Assembly (NCBI GenBank): GCA_026025795.1
Contig: JAPEUG010000045.1
Coordinates: forward strand, 1-64,000
Reading direction: 5' to 3'
DNA length: 64,000 nt
Source of the DNA: Thelocarpon superellum
Lineage: Eukaryota
Every line of letters starts with the position of its first letter. Position 1 is the stretch's first letter. The notes under the pieces were generated by a model. The model was not told where the DNA came from, ran no database searches, and saw only the letters and a program-made list of their open reading frames with translations. Positions 52,701-64,000 of the stretch are shown in pieces. The translations under genes and the position numbers were made by a program.

Positions 52701-53392
52701 GACGGGTGCCGATGTTGAGCAGCTGGGGAAAGGAGACGGCGACGATGTTGTCGAAGTCCCCCCGATTCTCGGCCGACTTGAAGCGGTAGACGCGGCAGAT
52801 GCCGAGGAGACACTGCAGACCAGCGAAGACGGAGGTGGCCTCGTTGGTGTTGAGGAGCTGCATGGTGATCTCCAGAAAGGTGGGCCATTTTTCAGGGAAG
52901 TCGAAGTGGAGGATCTTCTGCAAGGTGGGGATGAGCTGTTGCCGCACCTGGGACTGCGAGGCGGCGAGGATGGGGAGGAGACGGCCACGAAAGGTCTCCT
53001 TCTCGAGGTCAGGGATAGGCTTCTGGTTGGTCTCCTCGGGGCACCAGGCGCGGACGACGTGATTCTTGAGGTAGACCACGGCTGCAGGTGCACGTCAGCC
53101 AGGTGTCAATGTCCCACAGGGTGTCTGGGACCGTACCAGAGAGGCGGATCTGCGGTTCCTGCTCTGCTTCCAACACGTCCAGCAGCGAATTGGAGAAGCC
53201 TGGCTGCTCTTCGGCCTGGAGGCATGCATGCGTTAGCCAGGGAGCCTAAGATGAGCCGCACCAGGCGGGAGCACGGTGGAGGAGACGACGCACATATTTC
53301 AGGTCCAGCTCGGCCTGTCTCCGCACGTCGGCATTGGCATCGAGGGTGGCCTGAATGCGATCGCGGAGACCGGCACGGTCGATTGTCGCCAT
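49744..53392 (-). CDS. NMD5: Importin-7/8-like karyopherin Nmd5/Sxm1
   Basis: IBN_N (RRQAELDLK, AVVYLKN), WWKAKKWAYANLNRLFVRYG, REKEGALRMIG, YLRARAC, FSRVHDKKLSI, acidic C-terminus. About 8 introns. Confidence 0.94.
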
Positions 53393-54297
53393 AGTCACGG
53401 TAGCGTAGGCGGGACGCGTGGGATGGTCGGCACGGCGAGGGTTGAGGTCCGTCAGCACGCGATGAGAGAGCGCAGGAACATTGGGGCCGCGTCCAGGTCG
53501 CGACCGATGTGGATAGAGAGCAGGGGCGGGATGCACGATCAGGGTGCGGGGGGCTGATATGGGGGTGGAAGCTTCTCTACGTTCGAAGATAATCAAAGGG
53601 CCGCGACGAACTGCGGGCTGCGGGCTGCGGGCAACGGGCCGTGGTTAGCAGGGATGTCCTGATGTTTTTTAGGGTTTCAGCGTCTGCAAAACCGGGAGTC
53701 AAGTGCCCAGCTGGGGCAAGATTTGGGTGCGCCAAATTGGCCCGCATGGAGACAATCCGCGACCAGCGCTCCAGGTACGCAGACCCTTGACTTACGAGGA
53801 CTAGGTACCTAGCTACTCACCGCTCCGGACGGGGTGCAAGGGGGAGACACGCATCCAGTCGCCCTTTCACGGCAGGTGCACGGTGCAAGTCCGAGTACGA
53901 GTACGGCAGCTAGCAGGTAATGCAATCCCGGCTGTGAGAGTCCAACTGGGAGCTCGCAGAGGAACGTCAGGCATGGTGGCCGCCTTCCTCCGTAGACCAC
54001 GCCCGAGTCAGAGCAAACCCTACCAGCTACACTAGCGGCCCCCGTCAGCCTTGCCTGCCATATGTTCCCCGTAAGACCGGTCGTCCCAGGGGCTCGGCGA
54101 CCCTCATGAGTGGCGCCACTATTCAACCTTGGCGAGGTGGACGTGGTCAGGCACAAATGTCCGACCGACCAATTACCGACGAGCAGCTCCGCATCGGTGC
54201 TGTTGGGACGACCACCGGTCGCTAGCACGTCTGCTACGACGGACACGACGAAAACGACGAACACGACGAGAGAGCAAGGTTCTTGCTTTACGACTTG

Positions 54298-55033
54298 ATG
54301 GACCCGGATCGTCTGATCCATGAGGGCTACATGAAGGAAGCCTTGGCCATGGTATGAATCACAAGGCAGGGCCATGGCATGTAGATTTCCCGCTGAAGGA
54401 GCCCTAGGCCGAACAAGCCCTGGGCCAGGACGAGACCCCCGTGGGATGCGTTTTCGTCCACGATGGGCGCATCATCGGGCGTGGCATGAATGCGACCAAC
54501 GAGAGCCTCAATGTCCGTTGCCCGAGGTCCGCCGACGTAGCTCTCGCGCGGCGGAAAGGCGGAGGCGGAGACTGAGACGGCTGGCAGGGCACGAGACACG
54601 CGGAATTCGTCGGGCTCGATGTGATCTTGCGCACCTACGCGCCTACCATCCTGGCTGAGACCGATCTGTACGTGACGGTGGAACCATGCATCATGTGTGC
54701 GTCGGCACTGCGGCAGCTGAGCATCCGCGCCGTCTACTTCGGCTGCCTCAATGACCGCTTCGGCGGCACTGGTGGCGTACTCACCATCCACAGCGAGTAA
54801 CCTGCCCCCTTCTCCCTGGGTCCTTATTGACGCTGATGCCGCGTAGTCACAGCATCGACCCGCCCTACGCCGTACACGGGGGCTTCTTTGCGGAGGAAGC
54901 CATCACCCTATTACGTCGCTTCTACGAGCAAGAGAATGCCAAAGGTAGGCCTGACGCGCCTCCCGACCATCGTGGCAATTGGCTCAGCGACCTCATAGCC
55001 CCAGAGCCGCGGCCCAAGAAGCGCCGGGACTGA
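54298..55033 (+). CDS. TAD2: tRNA-specific adenosine-34 deaminase catalytic subunit
   Basis: ETPVGCVFV, GTRHAEF, LYVTVEPCIMCASAL, FGCLNDRFGGTGGV, LLRRFYEQENAK/APEPRPKK. Four introns. Confidence 0.94.
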
Positions 55034-55059
55034 AGCCATGGTAGACGCACCGTCTGAAG

Positions 55060-58000
55060 TTACATATACCTGCGACTCAGATGCGTTAGTGGTCGTCATG
55101 CACGAGCGAGGCTGAGGATGGTGGCCACGTACAGAGATGCCACCGCGGTGATGTCCCGCTTGATCATCTCCTGGCATTCTTGCATCTTGAGGAACAAGGT
55201 GGGGTCCCCAATGATCCGCGCCGCATTCTTGACCTCCCGACACGTCTCATCGAGACGATTGATGACGCGCACGATGGTGCCCTCGAGCACGTCCGTCAGG
55301 TCGGTGATGCGGTTGAATGACATGCCTCGCGCCCACTCGTACACAACCTCCACCAGCCCGAAGCGCGGTCGGCTAACAAAGTCATTGGAGTCATCGCTTG
55401 ACAGGATGACTTGATGCTGCGTCTGCACCGCGTTGACCCGTTCCGACATCTGGATGATGGTTTGCTTGCCCTGTGCCGTTGTGATCAGCCGAGCTGTCGG
55501 CGTGCGAATCTTGCGGCCGGCCATGCCAACCTTCTCCAGCCTCGCCGTCAACGTGGGCGTCTGCTCCGTCTTCTCCTGAAAGACAAAGGCCGAGAGCAGG
55601 GCCACGATCTCCTCGGCCTCGAACTCGGCCAGGACGTTCTCTAGGACGAGCTCGGTCAGAACCAGTTCGTCGGCCGAGTGGATCTGAGGTGCGCAAGGCA
55701 TGTCAGAGCGGGGACCGCAGGGGACCAGGACATGGGCGGGATATATGCACAGAACCAGGCATTGGAACGCACCTCGCAGGCAACTTTGCCCTTTAGAAGC
55801 ACGCGCGAACTGTCGTCGATGAAGCCTAGGTCTTTCAGCACCTGGAGGCGTTGCTCGTAGTCAGGTAGCAGCTGCAGATTCTGGTCCGACATGAGCTGAC
55901 GGAGCTGCGAGATGTTCTCTTTGATCAGCCACTCATCGTGTTGCATGGCGAACTAGCCCGGTCAGCTTGATGCGGACCTTACGGCTGCATGGGCAGGCCC
56001 ACATGTTTGAGGAATTGGGGACAAGAGAGGCATTCGCCAGTGGACGCCCGGATCGCCTCTTGCGCGCGTTCGTCCAGGATGTTCCGCAGCTGTAGATCTT
56101 TCACTTTGGTCCAGTCCAGCTCATCCCACTCCGGCGTCATCCACGACGAACACAGTCGCGTTACATCGTCTTCAACTTCCTGTACCGCCAGCGAATCGTT
56201 CTTCCGCATGCCCGTCAGGTCCATCTATGTCTTGTCAATGGTTTTCTGCACACCCACGCGGCGAAGTGACTCCTGACCTTGACGATGGTCCGCGTGACAC
56301 ATTCCACGTCCGTGAGCGAGACACTCGCCACTTTGAACTTCATCTCCTCCGCCGCTGGCGGGCCAAAGAGGGCCCGGAAAGCGGGCAGGTAGGGTAAGAG
56401 GTCGCCTATGGTCTGTGAGATTACCCCCCCTTCTCGGCCAGGAACGACGTACTTGTCTCTCGTTTCGTCCGGCCCGAATCAATCTCCAAAACCTGGAGCG
56501 CAGGCTGGAGCCCCTTTAAAGGACCCTCCTTGACCAGGATGCCAGCGGCGCGCACGCCATCCTAACTAGTGTCAGTAGGGTAGAGAGAACAGGTTTCGCG
56601 GCGTGAATCACTTTGCGGTACACAATCAATCGCCTCGGGGAGAACATCCTTCGACCTGCTGGCGACGCCAGGAGTCCAAGGTGGAGATCAGCCGTCAGCT
56701 GGGTAAAATTCATCGAAGCCTGGTGGCATCTTTCAAGGTCTGCATCACAGATCGGGCACGGCTCCCGCTTCACCTTGGCCAAGTCTGCTTCCGAGAGTTT
56801 GACCTGCTTCTCGTGCCGCGGCAGCAGGGCCTGAGTGGCATGCTCGCTGAAGCTTCGCTTGATCATCTCCTCGATCTTCAGCGCCTCAACCCGCAACAAA
56901 TTGAGGATCATGTTGTAAGTCAGACGGAACTGCGATCGCAGCTTCGTTGGGTCACCCAAGATCATCGAGCGCAGCGTGGCGACGGGTGGGGCCTCATCCG
57001 CACCGGGGGCTACGATGATGACCGACCCCACGGTATCGAGGCCGCGACGACCGGCGCGGCCCGCCATCTGCGTATACTCCCCAGGCAGCAGATCGCGAAA
57101 GGAGCGGCCGTCGTGCTTCCGAAATCCGGAGAAGACGACCGTACGCGTCGGTAGGTTCAGGCCCATGGCAAAGGTCTCCGTGGCGAAAAGCACCTTGACT
57201 AGCGTCCGGGCGAAGAGGATCTCCACGACCTCCTTGACGATGGGGAGGAGACCACCATGGTGGACGGCGATGCCTCGGCCCAACAGCTCACGCATTCGGC
57301 GGATCTGGGGCAGAACACGGTCCTCGGGCCGGAGGCGTGCGATGGACTTGCCGACGATCATGTGGATCGCGCTCTTCTCCGACGCAGTACAGTAGTCAAG
57401 GTTGGAGAGCGCGTCGGCATTCTCCTCACATCGCCGCTTGGAGAAGACGAAGATGCAGGCGGGAAGGAGGTCCTCTTTCCGCAGATGCTGGACGAGGTGT
57501 ACCCAGATGTTTCGGTCCTGCGCCGCATTGGTCCGTGAGCCACCTCGCCCACCCCGCGACGATCCACTGCTACTTCCTCCACGGGGAGTCGGACCACGCC
57601 CACGAGCTGGCCCACCTCCTCTCGACGGTCCGCCCCGCGTCGGTCCTCCACGTAGATTTGATCCGCGCCCTCCACGTTGATTTGATCCGCGCCCTCCACC
57701 ACGCTGACCTCGGGCGCCTGACCCACCACTGGCCGCATCCACGTCTTTGACCTTGTCCCGCCCTGAGAGCACGTCGTTCGCGGCCTTCCACCCCTTCTCC
57801 AAGAACTTCTTGTCGGCATCCACGATCTTGTACATGGCTTTGTTCGCCCAGAGGTAGTGCTCCAAGGGGACGGGCCGCTTGGGGGTGGAGATGACGTAGA
57901 TGTCTTTCTTCTTGGTCCGACCGACCCACGACGCGAACTCGTAGGTGTTGGGCACGGTGGCGGACAGGAGGATCAGGGTGACATGGTCCGGGAGCATGAT

Positions 58001-59374
58001 GATCACCTCCTCCCACACGACGCCGCGCTCAAGGTCATTCACGTAGTGGACCTCGTCGAAAATGACATACTCGACCTCGCGAATCAGATCGGCACCGCGA
58101 TAGAGCATGCTCCGCAGGATCTCCGTGGTCATGATGAGGCAGCTGGCTTCGGGCCGGATCTGGATGTCGCCGGTTAGGATACCGACATCGTCAAAGGTCT
58201 GCCGAAAGTCACGGAACTTCTGATTGCTCAAGGCCTTGATGGGCGAGGTGTAGATGGCCTTGGTCATGTGCTTGGCCGCCAAAGCGATGGCGTACTCTGC
58301 CACCACCGTCTTGCCGGCGGATGTATGTGCGGCGACGAAGACGGAGTCGCCCCGCTCCAGATGATAGACGGCCTCTTTCTGGAAGGTGTCGAGCTCGAAT
58401 GGCCACTCTCGCGCCATGTCCGGCACAAGGTCGCGGAAGTTGGTAATGTCGCGGTTGACGTCGATCATGTGTGCCCACTCTCGGCCAGCACGACGTGCCG
58501 TGGATCCAGTCAATGGCCCGCGTGGTGCCAGTGCTGGATACTCGACGGGCAGCATGGCGTCAATCTCGTCGTCGCCCTCGCCATCGGCGTCCTCGTCCGA
58601 GCTGGCAGTGGCCTCTTGAGATCCAGGACCATCTTCGGACGCTGCACCCGCTGCTCCCTCTGCGGATGGGCCACCCACGGCCTCCGCAGCTGGTTCTGTC
58701 AACGTCAGCTCGAGCTCCTTGGCATCGTCCTGACCCGTCCTTGCCGGCGTCGGTTGCACGGCGAGTCCACGGCTGAAGCCAGGCGGTATTTCGAGCAGGC
58801 CGCCATCGCTTCCGAAGCTGATGAGCCGGTCTAGCGATGCTGATGCCTTGCCCTCCGGGCGATCGTGGCGTGATTGACTGCTGGCATCTTCGAAGGCGGC
58901 CGTCGCCTCGACGTCATCCAGGCCCCCCGGGGCGAATGGGTAGAATCCCGCGGCGCCCCGGACAAAATCCGCGCGGTTGGCTGGCCGGCGTAAGAGCGAA
59001 GTAGAATTCTTTGCCGTTGCACTGCTCGCCGGCACGGTGATCTCTCGGTAGCCTGTCACTCGTCCCTCCAGACCTGCTCGAGTAAAGCGCGTGATTGTTC
59101 TGGTCTGGGTGGGAGCCAGAGCAAACAGATCCGTGTAGTCTGGCGGGGCATCCCATCGCTGCTGTAGCTTGTTCAACCACTCGGTCGAGAAGGACGGAGA
59201 TGGCGTCAGGAAACGGTCTTGGAGCTCCTTGCGTAACTGGTCCTGGGACCGTGGCTCTCGCGCTCTGGCACGGTGCTCATGCAAGATCTGGTCGATCAGG
59301 TTGTCCTCGGTGCCTTCGCCGGCCGACGCTCCTAGCCGCACCTTCTCCAGGGCCGCACTGAGTCGGTCGGCCAT
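55060..59374 (-). CDS. SKI2: Ski2 antiviral / exosome-cofactor DExH RNA helicase
   Basis: [48 protein letters not shown] domain. A terminal intron gives ...ASLYM*. Confidence 0.97.
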
Positions 59375-59719
59375 TTTGACGGTCTCGTCGGGGTCACCCA
59401 GGTCACTGCGGACATGAAGCAGTCCGTCGTACAGCTCTATCGCATCTTCTCAGACCAACTCGTTGCAATCGATACATCGTGTGGGGATCCTCATGTGGCG
59501 AGGGAAGGTTGTTGATTCGCGTGGTTCTTCATCGTCTGATCCGAACATTCCGACATCCATGTTAGCTATCAGTTGCCTCGCTGATGAGGAAATCATCAGC
59601 AAACTCCGAGACTGGGAGCCTTTCGCAAGACGGAGGAAGAGCTGTGCATTGGTCCTGGTCATACGAGTGCCAGAGACGATCACACCTCCCCGCTAACTAA
59701 TGCTACACTACGACTTGAT

Positions 59720-60812
59720 TCACCATTGACCCTCCAGATCTGCCATGGCCTCCATCTCATCTCCAAAGTCGTCATCAACTAGTCCTTGCGATATGCTGGG
59801 CACTTCTACCCTGTCCACAGCTCCTGCCGGGCCGTTGTCGATGGCCTCGCGTGCAAGCTCGTTGCCGAAGAGCGCGTCGAGCTCATCATCGTCCGGTTCC
59901 TGAGGCACCACGGCCGTCTGGGTTCGTCGGCCAGGCGTTGCAGTATACAGATCGTCCGCGTCCGCGGGATGGACCAATGGAGTTGATGGGCCCAGGTCAT
60001 CAACCGGCGCAGGCGCTGCCTCTTGGGCGTTCGCGACTCCAGCGGTGAGTGCGTTGGTTGGGCCGGGAGGGACCGGTTCCGTGTCCAGGTCAAGATCAAG
60101 ATCCGAGCTGGGAGGCATGCGCTCTTCGTCTATCCATTCTCGTCGCATCGCCTGCAATCGCCTGCTGTGGCCGAGCTTCTCGATCATGGCCAGTCCGTCC
60201 GCGAACTTTGCCTTGGGGTAGAGGTCATCGAGCCAGAGCTGGTACAGTGACAGGAGTCGTCCGACGTCGGAGTACTATCGCTTGATCAACCTCGAGCCTC
60301 GGGCGGTACCTCTATGTGGACGCCGCAAGGCTCACCTCATGTCCTTTCCCCTTGAATCGTAATCGCTCCTTGGCGATGCGCCGAAGCTTCGGGATACCGT
60401 TTTGCGACAGCAACCTGGAAAGTGAATCACGGTGAGCCTTGACCATCACCAGCGTGGCAGAGCGGTAGAAGGAAGCATACCGATTCTCATCCATCTTCAC
60501 CGTCACCCGCTTCTTCTTCGTGACTTGAATCTCCTCGTCGATACCGAGGCCTCCCGCTACGCCGTCCTCTGTATCCCCGGCTCGTCGTGCTGCACCAGAA
60601 GGTTTCGGCGCCGGCGCAGTCATGTCGGTGTCGACATCACGAAACATGTCATCCATCGCGGCATCATAGTCGAATAAGTCATCAAAGGCTGCCGGATTGG
60701 CGGCAGGAGGTTCGACATGGCGCGCAGGAGCAGGCGCCGGGGCAGGCGAATCTGTAGATCCAAAGAGAGATTGGGCATTGACGGCCGTCCGGTGTATCTC
60801 CGCGGCTGCCAT
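59720..60812 (-). CDS. CSM3: Replication fork protection subunit Csm3/Swi3 (Tipin)
   Basis: GLGIDEEIQVTKK, RLLSQNGIPKLR, FKGKGHE, YQLWLDDLYPKAKFADGLAMIEKLGH. Confidence 0.94.
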
Positions 60813-61089
60813 GATGTGTGGCCAACTCAGGAAGGGATGGACGACGTGGACGGAGCTCGCGGTAACTGTGACAACAATATCATCCCACCAGCGGAGGGCG
60901 ACGCGTACGGGGCGACGCGCCGGAATTGTGGTAATCCGTGGCGGTGCCCGTGCGGAAGAGGACTGTACGGTCAACCGTAGTGTGGCTGGACGATACCTCG
61001 CAAGAGAAGACCAGGACGACGATGAAGAGACCTCTCCCGAGTCAATTCTGCCGACCCCGACCGGAAGACTGTTCCACCGCTGGCGCACA

Positions 61090-61998
61090 ATGGCCGACAA
61101 CCAGCGGGCCTTTGTGCCAGCGAAGACCATCAGGACCGACTACCCCGTGAGCGATTGCCACCTGTTCCATCAAGGTTGAGGAGGTTCCGCTAATCCAAAT
61201 ACCCTGACAGTTGATCGACAGCGATCCGTACGCCGCCCCCGCTCCCCCGCTGCCCCATCACCGGTCAATCAGGAAGGAGACTCACCTTGCACACCAGGCA
61301 CTTCAAGCGCGTCATTGGCTATGCGCGACCATCGGACTATGCGGCTGCGGCAGCCACCACGGCCGCAGGCCCGGCGTTGATGCTCTTCTGGGAGCGGGTG
61401 TCCCCCTCACTCGTCGGACGCGGCGGCTTTGCACCCATCATGCGCCTCACGACGGCCATCTCGGCCGGCGCGGGCTTCCTCCTGCTTTATCAGAAATCCT
61501 CGCGTGCGTGCCCCTCGTCCATTCGCTCCGTCCTCATCCCTTGCTCGTCCACTCGCTCCTCCCTCCATATCTTGAGTGTCCATATCTTGAGTGAGTAGCG
61601 GGGGCCGAGCTCCACTGACCTTCCATCCCGCGTACAGTGCGTTTCTACGGATGGACGGAGAACCAGCGCGAAGTCGACATGGACATGCGAGAGATGGTTG
61701 GCAAGGTCAAAAAGGGCGAGCCGCTGTACGGCGACTCGGGCTTGACGCCGTATATGCAGGGCGTGGCGTCACGCAATTCCAGATACACCGGCGTATGGTT
61801 ACACGTCATGCCCTGGTTCAACTTCGTCAACCACAATCAGGTGAGTGGCGGGCGGGCCTCGACGATGATACTTCTTCGTAGCTGTGGGCCGTGGCTGATC
61901 ATCTTCGCGGTCGATAGCATGGCGTCGATACCGCCAAGTACTACCAGCAGGCAGAGCGGGAACTAGAGGCGGAGCGGCTAGGGTCGCCCCCTGCTTGA
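61090..61998 (+). CDS. NADH:ubiquinone oxidoreductase 21 (20.9) kDa subunit, NUXM
   Basis: TDYP/LIDSDP/HFKRVIGYARPSDY, RFYGWTENQREV, PLYGDS, PWFNFVNHNQ/HGVDTAKYY. Four introns. Confidence 0.94.
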
Positions 61999-62258
61999 TT
62001 AGAAATGTAACTATCGATGCTCGTACCAACAGCTTCTTGGCGCCTTCAATCCAACCTTCCAACGATGCTTGGTGGCATCGGACCGTCAAAGATGCTGCGC
62101 CGACGATGCCAAAGGAACGACGCCGCCAGAAATGAAATGTATCCCCAGCTGGGCCCACCACTCCACCCAAGACACCAATGACGCTCAACGAAAGTGATGA
62201 CAAGCTGCGCCCCGTCCCGTGTGTCCTGACCGGACCCTACCCAGCACCCGCCCCTCAC

Positions 62259-64000
62259 TCAGAACGCGCGACCCTGTCGACCCTGGCCGATGGTCTTGAA
62301 GGTCATGGACTGGACGTCCGACAGGACGTCGAACCGACTCTCGCCCTGGGTCAGGTCCGTATATCCACTGAAGTGGAAGCCGGACATGACCATCAGGTAG
62401 CTAAGAATCAGGATGCTGCCCTTGAAGTAGTTGCTCTTCCCCTCGCCGTACATGTAGCTGAGGAGGAAGACGCATAGAATCACCGTCACCATGTCGAATT
62501 GGGGAAAGATCAACCTAGGGGTAGGGGGATCTGTTAGCCGTGTATCCTGCAACGGACGTGCCGCACAAGGGACCTACGTGAAGGTGTGGTCGAGAATCTC
62601 CCCCGGGTCCAGGAAGCGCCCCGTGATGGCGCTAAAGAGGACCAGCGCCGGGATCTGCAGGAGGCACACCTGCAGCGCGTACGCCGATCCGATCTCCATC
62701 GACAACGCGATGTTACCGTTCATGGCAAAGGAGATGGCGTTCTGCACGCGTACGTCAACACGACCGTTCTCGTGCGTAACAAGGAGTCCTCCCTACCAAG
62801 AATTCCGTGGTGTTTGGCACCAAGGCAAACAGGGTCATGCCCAGGAACTTCTCGTCGATATCCACGCTCTCCAGCACCACGTCCACCGTGTCTACGAGGA
62901 TCTCCGCGATCACGGCGTAGAGGATGGTCGCCCCCAGCAGGATCACGGAGCTCTTCGTCCGGCTCCAGTTAGGCGCGTCGTGCCCGCCCACGTGGGAGCC
63001 GACGTCCGCGGGGACGGGGTCATCGTTGGCCTCCACCGAGGTGCCGGTGCGGGCCGGCGCTGGCCGGGGAGTGGCAGCGTTAGCCTGCGCCGTGATCGAG
63101 GGCTTCCGTGGCGTACGCGTCGTGACGTCCCGCGCGGCCACTGTGGCGGCTGTGGCGGCCATCTCCGCCACTTCACGTACCAGATGCTGATTGGCCTCGG
63201 CGGACAATCCAGGGATACGCACGGGCGGCCCGCCATCGGATGGTTGACTCCTCGGCGGCACCATGTACGGGGCGGGCAGACCCGAGATGGAGCCAGCACG
63301 AGAGTTGTCGCCGCTCTGGGTGCCCAGACCCGCGGACCGCAAGGACTGGTTGAGGATGCGCTTGTACAGCTGCGAATCACGGACGGAAGTACGCCCCGTG
63401 GCGTCGACGCTGCCCATGGTGTTTTGGCGAGTCAGCGTACCGTTGGACGGGCGCGGCTCAAAGTATCCCGATCCACTCAGATCGATCCCGGCCGTAGATG
63501 CTCCGCTCGGCCCACCGGCCTTTTTCTCTTCCGCCTCGGTGGCCCAGATGACGGCGGCGTGGGTGCGGAGCGTGAACCACAGGCCAATGACGTACGAGGT
63601 AAAGAGGAGCACCGCGGCCAGCCAGCAATAGGGCCGCACGGCGTCGATGAAGAATCGATCGGTAACGGTCGGGTCTTGGGAGTAGTAACAGCGACGGCAA
63701 TCGCGGCTGCCCGTACCAACCTCGCCCTCGATGCACGAGAGGCAATTGAGCTCGTGCTGGCAAATCAAATCAAATCAGCTCAGCTCATGCACCATGGGTG
63801 ACCCGGGGACAACCGGGACGCGGCTTACCGTGCCATAGATCTGATACAAGAGTGTCGGACCAAAGGCGGCGATGACGGCGAAGAGTAGCATGGTGGAGGT
63901 GACGCCGGCGGACTTGGCGTTGAAGCGCTGCGTCTTCCGCTTGATGGCACCAAAGCACATGGAGAGACCGGGCAGGAACAAGATGCCGGCGAAGATGCTG
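62259..64000 (-). CDS. VNX1: Vacuolar cation/H+ exchanger of the Vnx1 type (CaCA family), 5' part outside the window
   Basis: FLPGLSMCFGAIKRKTQRFN, GGHDAPNWSRTKS, FALVPNTTEFL, GNIALSMEIGSAY, EGKSNYFKGSIL. Confidence 0.9.

Noticed and set aside
53809..54375. 188-aa minus-strand ORF in the NMD5-TAD2 divergent region
   Set aside because: It overlaps TAD2 exon 1 and has no recognisable domain.
62491..63801. 436-aa plus-strand ORF and many similar antisense ORFs
   Set aside because: Shadow ORFs opposite well-supported genes, caused by GC-rich codon usage.
1..64000. Transposons, CRISPR arrays, rRNA or tRNA genes
   Set aside because: No transposase/RT motifs, long terminal repeats, AT-rich RIP tracts, spacer arrays or structural RNA genes of these types were seen.

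Overview
Gene-dense, GC-rich, intron-containing DNA from a filamentous ascomycete (Pezizomycotina-type GT-AG introns with CTRAC branch points). About 25 conserved housekeeping genes are recognisable: BRR6/BRL1, LNP1, GCV2, an aromatic amino-acid decarboxylase, NSE1, NCB2, PDB1, ERG6, SLT11, MZM1, ZUO1, DID2, HAC1, MED17, PFK, ISN1, MEC1/ATR, COX16, NMD5, TAD2, SKI2, CSM3, NUXM and a partial VNX1, plus one F-box-like orphan. The most interesting signals are invisible in the ORF track. (1) A spliced, essentially non-coding host gene at ~14.04-15.1 kb carries three intronic box C/D snoRNAs: snR67-like, a Z17/SNORD4-like double guide, and snR53-like with an extra 17-nt LSU guide. (2) hacA/HAC1 has a 20-nt Ire1-spliced intron, upstream uORFs and a hydrophobic unspliced tail. 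(3) A decaying DUF427 gene has a duplicated 21-bp splice-donor segment. All rRNA complementarities and family calls come from my recall of conserved sequences, not from searches. Exon boundaries were read by eye.
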